From: Felis catus
Taxonomy: Eukaryota
Length of the DNA stretch: 64,000 bases
Assembly: GCF_018350175.1 (NCBI RefSeq)
Contig: NC_058373.1
Location: 112,284,001-112,348,000, forward strand
Direction of reading: 5' to 3'
The notes below the pieces were generated by a model. It was not told where the DNA came from, made no database searches, and saw nothing but the letters and a program-made list of their open reading frames with translations. This document shows, piece by piece, positions 23,700 to 36,949 of the stretch (within the stretch, counting starts at the first letter, position 1; every line of letters begins with the position of its first letter). Made by a program: the position numbers and the translations under genes.

Positions 23700-25700
23700 C
23701 TACTTCCAATCTTTCGATCGTGGTTCAGGGGCGAGGAACACGTTGTTCTCATTCTCTGAGATTGGTGCTTTTCATCTAAAAGCAGAGACCGTGGTGGTGA
23801 TGGAGCGTAAGGCCACGAAACCACGGGACACCGGGAGGAAGAAAAGCCAGGTATCCCCATTCAGGATGCTCTGCTTCCTGCCCCACAGGACCGTCCTGTG
23901 GGTACACACTTGGAAATGGGATCCTAAAGCAGAGAAGAAATGGAAATCCTCCGGCAGGGCGAGCCGACTGACGAAGCAAGCGGGAAGGTGAGGCGGGACA
24001 GGATAACTCCTTCACTACGGCGGGCTCTCGGTTTCAGTGGCCACCGTTCTGCCACCCACGTAGCTTTCTAAGCCACTTGCAGGTTTCCTGGCGCTTTCAT
24101 GGGGTCGAGCAGCTGCACGAAGAAGCCCCGTATGCTGGGTCCTTTTCTCCTCCCCTCGGGAGAGCGGCTCCGCGGCCCGGAGAGCTGGCCCGCGGCTAAC
24201 GACGACGCGCTGGCTCGGCAGGGGATTGCTTCTGTCTGGGGCTCGGCTGAGGCGGCGTTCGCGTCCCGCGCGCACCCGCTCCGCGTTCTCCAGCCAATCC
24301 GCCGCTACTCGCGCGCCCAGGAGCGTTCCTCCGTCCTTCTCGGGCTGGGCCGCCTCCTTCCCGCTCCCAGTACTCTGCAACCCGAGCTCTCACACCTCCC
24401 CTCACTCTCCACGAGTTCCACGCCTCGCGGTGTAGCTCCGCCCCTGTCCCCGAGTCCGCCCCCGCAACCCTCCGAGCGTGTGCACTCCTTTCCCTTCACT
24501 CTCCTGCTATCTAGCCGGTCTCCGTCTCGCTCACCGCAGAGCGGTCTGGGTCTCAGCGGCCTCGTCGGACGCCTCCGCGCGCTCTCCCCCCTGCGGCCCG
24601 CCCCCCGACCCCTCTACCGCAGCTAGCCTCCTCCGACCTGGACGCGGAGTCGCGCGCTCTGACTCCGCCCCCCCCCCACCGCGGACTCGCGCACTCCCGG
24701 CCGGGCCTCTCCCCCGCGCAGGCCGCGGAGCGCCCGGCCGCCTCCCCCTCCTTGCCCGGTCGCCGCGAGCTCCCCGGGCGCTCTCGCTCTCGCGCTCTCC
24801 GAGGCGAGCGCGCTCCCGGCCCGCGCGCTCCGGGCTCCGGCTTCTCCCGGCTCCTGTCAGTGCGGTGACTGCGCTGGGAAACATGGCGACCGAGGGAATG
24901 ATCCTCACTAACCACGACCATCAAATCCGTGTCGGAGTCCTCACAGGTAACCGGGGGAGGAGGTCCGGGACCGTCGCGGCCGCTGTCCCCGACTAGTCTC
25001 AGGCTTCTCGTCTGTGGTGACTCTTCTCTGCGGCCTCGGGAGGAGGGAAGACTGAGGAGGGGGACGGGGGGGGCGCGTTTTACAACCGCTGAGAGCCGCC
25101 GGAGGTTGGGGTGTTCCCGCGGGCCCCCCAGGAACTGGGGCCGGCCCGTGGGATATCAGGCCCCAGTGCCTTCGCAGCCGAAGTCCCTGGCCCCCGGGGA
25201 CTGAGGGGCTGGTGCGGCGGGCGCTGCGGGGCTCCTTGCTGCCGGTGCAGGCGGCGGGATCCCGGCTCCGCATCTTGAAGCACGCCGCTCTGACTGGCCG
25301 GCGCGCTTCCTCCGCCAGTGCTCGTCTTAGAGAGGGGGGATTCCCGTTTCCACCCCCTCCCTCCCCTCCCCCCTCCGCTGGCGGCCCCGCGCTGCTGTAG
25401 CTGTGCTTGCCCCGGGCACCGGCCGGACACCACACTGGGGAATATCAGGCGAAACTCTGCTCTGCCTCAGGCTACCCGTCGCCAGTCGGGCATCCCCTCA
25501 ACCACCCGTGGGACACCCCTTGTCTGTCCCGAGAGGTGGGGGATCGCTTGCACCCAGACCTCGGAAAGTGTCTGCGTTCCGCCTTCCCCAGCAAAGGGCC
25601 CTCTCTCTGCCCGCCTCTTGGTTTTCTTAGAGGGACGGGCTGCACCCTGCGGCCGGGGCTTTTTATTTGAGAGGGTGGGATTCCCCGACTTGGGCTTCTC
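23700..25700 (+). promoter_or_regulatory. GPHN: CpG island / TATA-less promoter of GPHN
   Basis: Dense CpG against an AT-rich background; CCAAT at 24294; GC boxes (CCGCCC) near 24437, 24456, 24598 and 24665; spans exon 1. Confidence 0.92.
24883..24946 (+). CDS. GPHN: Gephyrin exon 1 coding part, MATEGMILTNHDHQIRVGVLT(V)
   Basis: Translation is the recognised gephyrin N-terminus (G domain); Kozak aacATGG; phase-1 donor CAG|gtaacc after 64 nt. Confidence 0.97.
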
Positions 25701-28700
25701 TGTCCCCCTCCTTTCTGGGAACCCCCCTCTCCGGTTGGTCCCAAGGCTTGTGAGCAGCGCACTTTTCCTGGGTCTCGTTTCCCTCCCTCGCAGAAGCTGT
25801 GTGTGCTCTGCATGTCTGATTCCGTTGCGTTGTATTTGGGTAATATCCCTCAGTTCGGCGGTAGGCAGTTGCTGCAGGGCATGACTTCCGAGATGAATAG
25901 CAAGCCAATTTGTTGGGGGTTCTGCTGTGGTTCTGTAATTGGCAAGGTTTGTGTGTAATTCAGTGGCGAAGTGGGGGTTAAAGAACTATATTTGGAATCT
26001 GAGGGCTTAGTTTGGAGTGAAGGAAATCCAAGGCACACTTGCTGTGATTTTGGAAAAAGAAGAGATGTAGACGGGAATCCTTGTGTCTCCCTAGTCCCCC
26101 GCCCCTCACTTCTTATTTTTTTTTCTCTTGTCAAATTCTGACAGGTTGAGACGGTGCTCGAGAAGGGACTAAATTGAATGAGACTTGCTTTTATTAGGTA
26201 GAAAAAAAAAATCTCTGTCGGTAGATATTGAGCGCTAAGCTTATTTGGCTGCTGAGTTTTATGAAAAGGAGATATCCGTGGCACCCCTTCCTCTCTTTTA
26301 AGTAAAAGGGTTGCCTTGCCGTGGTATTCTTTCCAGATGTTAATGGTGGTTTGTTGAATTTTCCTAATGGAAAGCCCCTGGGATAGAGAAACTAGTGTAA
26401 GCCAGTTGCAGGGAAGGGAACCCACCCCCCCAAAAAAGCAGATGATGCGCTGTTCTCTTCTTTTGGTGCTGAAACTGTTGCCTTGTGTGAAGATTCAGTT
26501 GTATCAGAATTCTTAGAGTTGACACTGCTGATTTTCAAAGAATCTAATCACGGGTGTAAAAAATGTACAGCCTCTATCAGCCTTCAACTTGCTCTTTACA
26601 GTCCAGCCGGTTTTGAAAAATGATAGAGTAGTAAGAGTGAAGCTTAATAGAATCCAAAGTATTTCAGCTGTCCATGGAAACGAAAGGTCAAAGCTGTTTT
26701 CAAGTTAAACCATAGCGTTTAAAAAAAAAACGTATTTTTTTTTGTTGTTAATTTAAGCTTTCCCTAATAGTTTTATTTAGTGAATCTTCTTACCTGGGTA
26801 AAGTGACACAGTAGATAGGTGTACAGAATGCTTTGAAAGATAACAGCCCTTATCTCTATCCCTACAGTACAATAGGGATAATATTGGTATGGAAACAACT
26901 AAAGAAACAATGTATGTAATTATTGTGCTGCTATTTAAATAAATTACGGTGTGTTTGAGGGCTAAGTGTAAAAGGAATTCCATTCCCAGATGAATTAGGA
27001 GCAAATGTGACTATCTGAAGGGAGAATTTGGTTCATTTACTAAAGGTAAGAAGAAACTGGCATTTCAAAGGGGAGTTGAAAGTCAGTGGCAACCTTATAA
27101 ATGAATATATTGTGAGGATGAGGTTCTTGAGCAGAATAAAAATGAAATGCAAGGACCTTGAAAAGCTTAGGTGGAATAGGTAGGTGGCACAGGCAAGATG
27201 TCAAGGAGAAAACTTTGGCAGTGGAATTAACAGTAATCTGGAGAAGCTGTCTCATGAAAATGAGGTACAGTAGTTTAGGGGGAAAAGTCTAGGGTCAAGA
27301 ATAAGGATATAGCTGAAGGAACGAAAAAGAAGTTTCAGAATTGGAAGAAATGGTAATGGAGGACAATAGTATGTGATGATAAAATGGACATGTGAAGTCA
27401 GAAATAACTTATGTTTTTACTTGAAAAGTTATAGTTAACTTCGACAGAGCCTGGAAACAGAAGAATCAGAGGAAAGAACACCAGTTCTCAGTCTGCAAAT
27501 AGAGGATGTTTATTACAGACAGCTTAAAATTTGTGGTCTTGATATTCCATGTGATTTTGTGCAAGAAAAAACCCTACAAAAATGAAGCTATGTTGTGTGA
27601 TTTTGTGTCTCATATAACTTAAAGTTTCGCAGTTTTACTGTGTAAAAGTTTTCTTTATTGAACTTAGTACTATGACTTCATACTTAAGAAAATTGAATTA
27701 AGAGGCCTCACTTAAAATTGTGATTTTATGAGTTATAATTTGTGGCTCTCTTAAAGGCGGAGAGTGTGTTTTAGAAAATATCTTCTACATGCTTCATGAT
27801 AATGATGTTAAGTATTTTTATCTATTTTTAAGAGGTGATTGAAAGTATTGTCTACCTATGCACACATTTTACAATGTGTTTGTATTTTGGTGAAATTGTG
27901 TTGTCATTTCTCAAGTCCTTAATTGACTTTCATTGTGACTTTTTTTATTATCTGTTGAAAAATCATATGTATACTTTGAAACTTCTCATCCTTTGCATTT
28001 TTTTTAGTCTTCATCTTGGCTATGAATTTTGCAAATAGATGTAGTATGCAGTCTGTTGAAATTCTCATCAAATATTAGAATTTTGAAACAGTGGTAGGAA
28101 AATATTTAGCAGAGGCATTTCTTTTTGCTTAATGGTCTTGAATCATTTTGGACTTGAAAATTAGATTATAATAATTAGTGTGACATGGCTATTTTAGTTA
28201 TGCTAATTATCAGGAAAATGGGAAAATTTAGGTACATAAAAATTGGTTATCACGGAAACATTTTAGGTTTATAGCAGACTCATTATATATTAATGTGTCA
28301 CTTTTCACCTACTTTTTTCTATTTCTAAATAAACTCTTTATCCAGGGAGCACACTAGTTCTCTAACTGTTAAAGCTTCACAGAAACATCAGGAAACTAAT
28401 GAATGCATGCATTTATATAATATAGAGAATGAGAATAGGGATCTGTAATCAGTAGAAGATATTAGAACAAATATAAGACTAGATAATAGAGATTAAAAAC
28501 TAATTGTAAAGTAGAATACCAAATATATTACATACAGGCAGTATTTTAGTCATTCATAAATAAAGTCATTCAAAATATTTAACAGATTCTAAACCGAGGA
28601 GATTATAATCATGTAAGTCTAGAATTGTTGAGGCATTTATTTTATTTCATTCCTCAAGTTTATCCTTGTACATTTTCTGAAAAGCTTATTTATTGATGTT

Positions 28701-30066
28701 TATATATCTTTGTTTTGAGAATAGGTGTTGTCATTAACTAGGCAAATTCGTATTGCAAACCAAACTTAAATTCTACCGAATGGAATTTTGTGTTCAGGCA
28801 AACATACCAATATTGATCTGTATGACCATTGTTAAAAAGAATCCTATTCCTCAAACTAGGTCATTCTTTCACGAATTTTTGGTTGAAATCAACGTATTAG
28901 AGAATTAAATGTTTAGCTAAAGTAGGAAATCATTAATTTCTAATGAATATACTATCATCACTGGCTAACAACCTTATAAGCTAGCAGTACCTATGTTGTT
29001 ATATATTAAGAGTTTTAACTATATTAAAATCATGTATGACTATTTGACATTAACTGAGGTATGGAGAATCAGCAGTATGTTGCTGGGGAAGAAACAATGA
29101 ATAAGAGTCTAATTTTATTCTTACTGGTGATACATTCGTATTTAAGGTGAATAAAGTACTTTGTGAAACACTCAGTAAAATAGATAAAACTTATACTTTC
29201 CTCCTGTAAATAGGATTGAAGAACAAGGAAACATATTTGGAATTTGAGCTGTTAAAAAAAAAGAGATCCTAAAAAAGAAGCAATGAAACCACAAGAGATT
29301 TTTTTCCTTCACATCTGGGCAGAGAAGATAAATACCACAGAAGAAGAAAAGATTATTTAACCTGCTCAAAAGTATTTGGGACTGTAGTTAGTATGGATAG
29401 CATGCAGTCTTGCTTAATTTTTGAGCAACCACCCCAAAAGCAAAAGTCTAATGAAGTATCTTCATGTAGAAGTTGTATCCAGGTTGTTCAATGAATTCAT
29501 AAGTGAATTTGTGTTCAATATATTAATTTTAATTAAACTTTCTTAAATTTTATAATTAAACAACCCGATTATTTTTACAGTTTTTCCAGTAAGTATACAT
29601 TTTGAAAGAATGGAATTAAACTTACTATATGCTTTAAAAAAAATTCCTAATTTGAAAAATAAGGGGGCAAGGAAATGAGATGTGGTAAAAAGGGGCATTA
29701 TACAATTTGTGTCCTGCTTTTCATATTGGGTACATGATATTGTGTCAAGGGATACTCTTTAAGGATTCTAAGTCTTAGAATCAATTTTAGTCTTACTAAG
29801 TCTTAGTATCAATTTTACTTGACAATGTATAATTTAAACCGCTTTTAGTATGTGTAAATTAGGAACAGAATGTAGAATTCACATGAATTGTTAAGATAAA
29901 ATTAGAAACTTCAAAGAAATTTCAAGTAAACCCATTTTACAGCTCCAGACCTCATCAATCTTCTCTGTTATTGGTCCTTTGACACCAAAAATTTAAGGAG
30001 CACTGGGTCATGGGAAGAACACTAGAAGACTGGCTTTCTAATGCTAGATTGGCCAGTAAAGTTTTG

Positions 30067-30288
30067 AATTTTTTTTTTCTTTTTCAACGTTTATTTATTT
30101 TTTGGGACAGAGAGAGACAGAGCATGAACGGGGGAGGGGCAGAGAGAGAGGGAGACACAGAATCAGAAACAGGCTCCAGGCTCTGAGCCATCAGCCCAGA
30201 GCCTGACGCGGGGCTGGAACTCCCGGACCGCGAGATCGTGACCTGGCTGAAGTCAGACGCTTAACCGACTGCGCCACCCAGGCGCCCC
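30067..30288 (-). mobile_element. Young felid Can-SINE
   Basis: Perfect 17-bp TSD tggccagtaaagttttg at 30050-30066 and 30289-30305. Confidence 0.97.
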
Positions 30289-30610
30289 TGGCCAGTAAAG
30301 TTTTGTAATATTACTTAACTCTTAGCTTTTCTTACCACTAACCAGAAGGAGTCATTCTTTAAGATCACTTTAAACTCTCATGGCAATGTTTCTATACTTT
30401 AGCATCTTGAACAACTGGAAAGAGAAATATAGGATATCAGACTTAGTTAATATTTTTTGTCTCCATAATGAAAATCATGATGGGAGGGGTTAGAAAAATG
30501 AAAGAGAATAAGAAACGGAAGAAAAGATAAAATTTCAGAGGTTAAGTCCTGTCAGTATAAACTGAAGGAAAAATATTTAGATTTTTTTTTCATTTGGAAA
30601 TTTTTGTGTT

Positions 30611-30815
30611 GGGGCACCTGGGTGGCTCAGTTGGTTGAACTTCAGACTCTTGATTTCTGCCACATGTCATGATCAATCTCATGACTCGTGAGATTGAGCC
30701 CCATGTTGTAGGACTCTGCTGATAGTGTGGAGCCTGCTTGGTTTTCGCTCTCTTCCTCTCTCTCTGCCTCTCCCCCTCTCATGCTCTGTCTCTCTCAAAG
30801 TAAATAAACATTGAA
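30611..30815 (+). mobile_element. Can-SINE (older)
   Basis: Head ggggcacctgggtggctcag; TSD aaatttttgtg. Confidence 0.9.
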
Positions 30816-30994
30816 AAATTTTTGTGACATTGATAATCCTCTGTTATCAGTAGTTTCAGTCTTATACTTAATTTCAGACTTAGCTCAAGCATTACTTCCT
30901 CAACAAAATCCTAGAAATTATTCTCTACAATGATGTCTTTGTTTTCCTGCAGTATTTATAAATGTTGTCTATACCCTGTAATCATGTATATGTG

Positions 30995-31225
30995 GGAGGC
31001 TACAAGGTATAGTTTTAAAAAAGACAAAAGTACTTTAGAGTCAAACAAACTTAGATTTCAGACCCAGATTTGGTCTTTATTTTGGGAAGTCATTTAATCT
31101 CTCTGAATTTCAGTTTCCTTCTCCAAAATGAGGATGGCAATACTTATTTCACAGAGTTGTAAGAACTGAGATAATGTATGTGAAAATGCCTACCATATAT
31201 GTCTAACTTGGAGTGTATATTTAAT
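30995..31225 (+). mobile_element. MIR
   Basis: ctttagagtcaaacaaac...aagtcatttaatctctctgaatttcagtttcc...aaaatgaggat. Confidence 0.75.
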
Positions 31226-32902
31226 AATCTTCCTTTTCTCATCATATGTTGCTTTGATGCAGTTTGGTAATGTCTTCATGTATAAACCTCTTAATCAAAG
31301 TAGGTTTTAAAGTTCTTGAAACAGAAGATTGTGTGCTTTACGTCTTTTGTGTCCTTTTGTTGTAGCACCTATTAATGAAGTAATGGCATAGGAGATGTAT
31401 AATAAAAAAAATTGGGTGGTGTGACATTTATATAGTGGCTTAGGAAGCTATCCAAAAACACTTAGGTTAACCAGAACTTCACTGTTACTAGTAAGAAGAT
31501 GGTTCAGGGGTTTAGTATTTTTCTATATACTGCTAGTAAGAGGATGATATTAATAATGTGTATTTGAAACATTTTTATACTATCAGGTTTGATATATTTG
31601 CTTCTTAGTTGATGGGCAAGTCTTATGAGGATTATTTTAGAGTAATTTTATAGTAATTTTTAAAAATGTCATCTTAAAAAATGAAAAATTTATAGGTTGA
31701 AGAAATTCTGAAAATGTTATTTTGAAGGTCAGTTCTGATGGTCAAAATAGCATAAAATAGGAATCAAAAGTTCTGTATCTTCTATGACTTTCAAGACACT
31801 TAACTGCATTTTACCTCTGTTTCCTTAGCTTTGAGTTGGGGTAATTATGCTTACTTAATAGAGTTAATGTGATGAACAAAGGAAATAATGTATTCAGTAT
31901 TCAACATCTATGTGCTAGGGTCTGTGCTAAAGTGAGGGATACAATAGTGAATAAGACAAATACAGTCCTAGTCCTTTTGGAGCTTATATTTTAGCATTAA
32001 TAGGAACACGCTATTTAGTCAACTTGGATATTGACAAATTCATGCTTCATTTATGTTGCATTTCAAGGAATAAAGTGCCTTTATATTTTCTTTTTGATGT
32101 AGATTACTTAAGTATAAACATCAAAACTTTTCGTGTAAAGCCATTTTTGACACAAATTTTTAAACCATTACATATTTCCTACTTTCTAACATAGAAGATA
32201 TTGAACATAACTTATTTTTGTTCAATCAGGTTTAAGTAATTATAGCTAACAATTATCAGGCCTATATACATGGTATAAACATGTTCAATTTGTTCTAAGC
32301 ATTTGGCGCCTGTTATTTAATCCTTGTGGCCTTTATAAGTTGCCCTTCACAAGTTGCCCTTCACCTTCTAGTTTCTAATCTACTATACCCTTGGGAAGCA
32401 CACAAACTACCTTGCTAAGAATTAAACATGGTAGCATATCCATTTAGACTTGCAGGTCTAAAGAATGATTGTTTTCACTTTTGGGTTGAGGGCATTAGAG
32501 AAGGAATGGTTATTACTATAAGACCAAAAGAAATTTACATATTTCTTTGTACTTTGACATTTCAGGATCATGGCTAATTGTGTCTGCCTGATGCTGAAAA
32601 TGTTAATAAAAATGCAGAAACTCATGAAAGGAAGAGACCAGCTTGAGTGCTAAGTGGAAATGTACTGTTAAGTTTTTTTTTTTTTTTTTTTTTTGTACAA
32701 ACATTAAGAAAAAAGTGTACTTAGAATTAATGATCTTTAAAGTCTAATTCAGGTTAAGAACTTTTGGATATCTTGGACACAAGAAATTGAATAGGGTAAA
32801 TACTATTTTCAGATACAAAAAGGATGAAACATTAAAAATGTGATCACCTTTTCTCCCTTCCACTTGAGTCAATAGTGAATTTTGATCCTAATGCGAATTT
32901 AA

Positions 32903-33121
32903 GGTTTTTTTTTTTTTTTCAACGTTTATTTATTTTGGGACAGAGAGAGACAGAGCATGAACGGGGAAGGGGCAGAGAGAGAGGGAGACACAGAATCGGA
33001 AACAGGCTCCAGGCTCTGAGCCATCAGCCCAGAGCCCGACACGGGGCTCGAACTCCCGGACCGCGAGAGCGTGACCTGGCTGAAGTCGGACGCTTAACCG
33101 ACTGCGCCACCCAGGCGCCCC
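32903..33121 (-). mobile_element. Young felid Can-SINE
   Basis: 18-bp TSD atcctaatgcRaatttaa at 32885-32902 and 33123-33140 (one CpG change). Confidence 0.96.
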
Positions 33122-33384
33122 TATCCTAATGCAAATTTAAAAAATTATGCTATGATAGCATTGATGTCTCCGTGATAGTAGTTACATTTGAATTTAGTTG
33201 CAAATGGGATAGCTTCTGAATACTTAGCATGTTGTTAATGAATTTTAAAAACTTATGGAGTATGTTTGTGTTATTGTAAAATATGTAACAGTACAGAAAG
33301 GTAAAGTGTAAAATTAAGCCCTACCACTCTACTTTCCCAGTCTCTTTCTCTCTAGTGTTAATCATTTTTAAGATTTTTAATTTT

Positions 33385-33576
33385 GGGGTGCCTGAGTGGC
33401 TCAGTTGGTTAAGCATCTGACTTCAGCTCAGGTCATGATCTCATGGTTCATGAGTTCAAGCCCCCCATGGGGATCCCTACTGTCAGTGCAGAGCCTGCTT
33501 CAGATCTTCTGTCTCCCCCTCTCTGCCCCTCCCCCACTCACTCGCTCTCAAAAATAAACATTTAAAAATAAGAAAA
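33385..33576 (+). mobile_element. Can-SINE
   Basis: SINE head and tail; TSD aagattttta. Confidence 0.9.
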
Positions 33577-33623
33577 AGATTTTTATTTTTGTTCTTCTGT
33601 ATACAAACATATGTTTATTACAT

Positions 33624-33921
33624 CAGAGTTTGCAAATTGGCAGACCGATGGCCATAACTGACCAATACACATGATTCATTAGGCCCCGGCTGTGTTTTTA
33701 CAAAAAAGTGTGTTTCTAATATTTTAAAAATATATTTCATATAAACCCATATTTTTAACTTTTTAAGACTCAGCAACATGGCAACCTCTTTTTCATATGA
33801 CAATAGTTGGTTAAGTGGTTGTCCCCTGGAAATAGAGCATGTGTTCTCCAGTTTCTCTCAATTCCCACTGAACCTATTTATATTCTTTACCTAGCTCTGT
33901 CATTTGAATTTGTGATCTTTG
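33624..33921. mobile_element. MER102-like hAT-Charlie element
   Basis: cagagtttgcaaattggc start and agagcatgtgttctccagttt resemble recalled MER102. Confidence 0.6.
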
Positions 33922-35256
33922 CTCATACATAGTATTCTGCACCTACCACCCTTTCCAGCATGTCTTGGACATGTTTTTGTATTAGTGAAAATAATAATAG
34001 TTAACTTTTTTGAGAGCTTACCAAGTGTAAAATGCTTTTCTAGAGCCTGTCATAGAGCCTATTAATTTAATCCTCATAATAGTATCACTGTTTTACAGTT
34101 AAGGAAATTATAGCAGAGAAAGATTAAGTAATTTGCTCAAATTACTGTGATGGGCGAAATTTAAAGGCCAAGCCGCAAGTCGAACCCATGTAGTCTCTTC
34201 CTAGAGTGTGAGCTCTTAACACATTATACTTCTTGGCATGTAACAATTAGTTCATATAGATATTTTCTTTTTATGCTGTATTTAATCATCAGTCATAGGT
34301 TATTCTGTATTTAATCATCAATCCTCAATTGATGAACCTTGAGATTTCTAATTTTTCACTGTGACAAATGTTGTAGACAGTAACATTGTACATTTATCAT
34401 TGCATATTTGTGAGTTTTTTTAAATGTAAGATTAATTACTCTAGACTTTTTGGGTCATTGGTATATGAATTTTAAAATTTTGATAGAAATTAGAAACTTG
34501 CCTTCCAAAAATAATGTACGAATTATAATTAATATTCTCCTCTTCATTTGGTATGATCTTTTTTGTTACTTAACTGGTTCTTTTGAGATCTCTTTCTTGA
34601 ATTACATATGTGGATTAGTACCCTTTTACTGCGAATGACAGGTGCCTAGCTCAAAATTAAGTGAAAATGGGAAGTTACTAATTTACATAGCTATGTAGGA
34701 GTATAGAGGAAGAATTGATTTTAGGATCTCAAGCAGTGTGTTCAGGGAATTAATATAATCATGAACTCTTACTCTTCATTTCAGTGCTTTGTTTTCCTGA
34801 GTATGATGCAAGTTGCTCCTTTGTCCTTCTTTGAACCAATCATTATGACTAGGAGAGTGAGTACTTTTTTTTTTCCTAAGAATATAGTCTATTACATCTT
34901 TTCCTTTTTCTCCTGCTTTCTCCTTTTCCTCTTTCTCCTGCTTCTTCCATGAAAAGGGTTCTCTGGCAGATAGTTATAAATTCAAACTGGAGCAAGTTAA
35001 GTTGTGAGAATTAGTGGGCTAAACTCAGGACCCCTTAATATCAATAGTGGCTAATTGATTTGTCAGTTAACTATGACTGACTTCCACTTCTTCATGCTGT
35101 GTTTAAGAATGCTTATCTAATGACATTTTAGAATAGTAATATACGTGTAATAGTAAGATTTTACTGGTTTTTACAACAACCTTTTTACGTTACTTTATTT
35201 TAAATTTATGATCAGTTATGGGTCTTTAGTCTTTTTTTCCTATGAACAATCTCTCC

Positions 35257-36000
35257 CAGTGTTTTCTAAATTTTGTTCTAGCAACACTTCTCTGGGAGAT
35301 ATTACAACAGGTATGGTGTGAAGAGGTTTTTCTTTTCTTTTTTTTTTTTTTTAAATTTTTTTTTCAACGTTTATTTATTTTTGGAACAGAGAGAGACAGA
35401 GCATGAACGGGGGAGGGGCAGAGAGAGAGGGAGACACAGAATCGGAAACAGGCTCCAGGCTCCGAGCCATCAGCCCAGAGCCTGACGCGGGGCTCGAACT
35501 CAAGGACCGCGAGATCGTGACCTGGCTGAAGTCCGACGCTTAACCGACTGCGCCACCCAGGCGCCCCTTTAAGTTTTTTAACGTTTATTTTTTTTTGAGA
35601 GACAGAGAGAGACAGATATGAGTGGGGAATGGGCAGAGAGAGAGGGAGACACAGAATCTGAAGCAGGTTCCAGGCTCTGAGCTGTCAGCACAGAGCCCGA
35701 CGCGGGGCTTGAACTTACGAACTAGGAGATCATGACCTGAGCCGAAGTCTGACGCTCAACTGAGTGAGCCACTCAGATGCCCCAAGAGGTTTTTATTTTC
35801 AAATAAATTTGAAAAAAAGTGCTGTATAACATCCCTTCTTTTGGAGATTCATAATATATTAAAGCATATTGGCATAAAAGACATGAGTGATATTATGGTT
35901 GTGGATCCTGTTGAACTTTAGTCTAGTGTTTCTAAAACTTTTTGAGAATGGAACACTTTCTCAGGGCACACCAGAATTCAATACTTCTTTGGGAAATTGT
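35257..36000. mobile_element. MER103-like hAT-Charlie element, interrupted by a SINE pair
   Basis: cagtgttttctaaa start; caaataaatttg...ttggagattcataat...agcatatt; ends ctttgggaaattg. Confidence 0.6.
35332..35783 (-). mobile_element. Can-SINE pair: young (35332-35567) in the tail of an older copy (35568-35783)
   Basis: Shared outer TSD aagaggttttt at 35321-35331 and 35784-35794. Confidence 0.93.
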
Positions 36001-36134
36001 GTTTTTTTTCCCCTATAAATGGTCTTCTGGAAGTCCGTGTAAGACCCTTATATTTATTCTTTTAGCTTTTTGCTGTAGAAATAGTGGTTACCTATAATAA
36101 TCTCCACCATGAAGATTTTTTTAGTTTGGATTTG

Positions 36135-36197
36135 TATATATATATATATATATGTATGTATATATACGTGTGTGTGTATATATATACACACACACAT
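36135..36197. repeat. Compound (TA)/(TG)/(CA) microsatellite
   Basis: Direct reading of the sequence. Confidence 0.95.
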
Positions 36198-36949
36198 TCA
36201 ATTGCTTACCAATTCCCATTTCTTTTTTTTTTTGTATTAAAATATTGACTGAATATATTATTCAGAAAATCTGTGATAGTGAAAACTAGAAAGAGCAATC
36301 TTGTTTTGTTATTATTACATGAGAAAGAACATTGGATCAAATTGTTTCGGATTTTTCCAGTGGGAGTTTGGTATCATTATCTGTGAAGTGTGAAGTTGAA
36401 GAGATGCTCTCTAAAATCTCCTTCAGCTCTAAAATCTTATTAATCTCAAACTCAGAACATGCCTCATATTTACCATTCTATTATTGCTTGTATTCATGTT
36501 ATCTACAATCTGTTACTGACAGCACAATTATTGATCTGAAATGCCTTCCTTACTTCAAATAGGAAAAATTGCTAGACATCGACACTGACATTCATACCAA
36601 ATATAAATGGAAATAAATGTCTGTTACTTCCACTGCATAATATGTGCAATTTATTTCCTTCAATATCACATGCTACAGAGTTCAAATCACAAAGTGCTTA
36701 AGATTTGGAATAAACATTACATACATGTAATAACTGTCAAGCTTAGAAGAATGCTAGTGATTTGGATGTATTGAAGTATTACATTTTTCTTCTTTAATTA
36801 ACAGATATATATCAAGATCTGGAAAACCAAGATTAGTACTCCTCCCCTGCAAAAAGTTGTAAATATTTTGCTTACATATTTAAAATAAAGCTGTTGTAAA
36901 AATAAGACCTATAATTCTAATGAACACTATTGTTTTAGGATCACACAGA

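Noticed and set aside
24947..24996. Read-through of the GPHN ORF (GNRGRRSG...)
   Set aside because: It is intron sequence after the CAG|gtaacc donor.
23651..26425. Many overlapping 60-190 aa ORFs on both strands
   Set aside because: Expected in GC-rich CpG-island DNA; low-complexity Arg/Pro/Gly/Ala translations. Only the 64-nt GPHN exon is supported.
32337..32364. 14-bp direct repeat aagttgcccttcac x2
   Set aside because: Simple tandem micro-duplication with no spacer or array structure.
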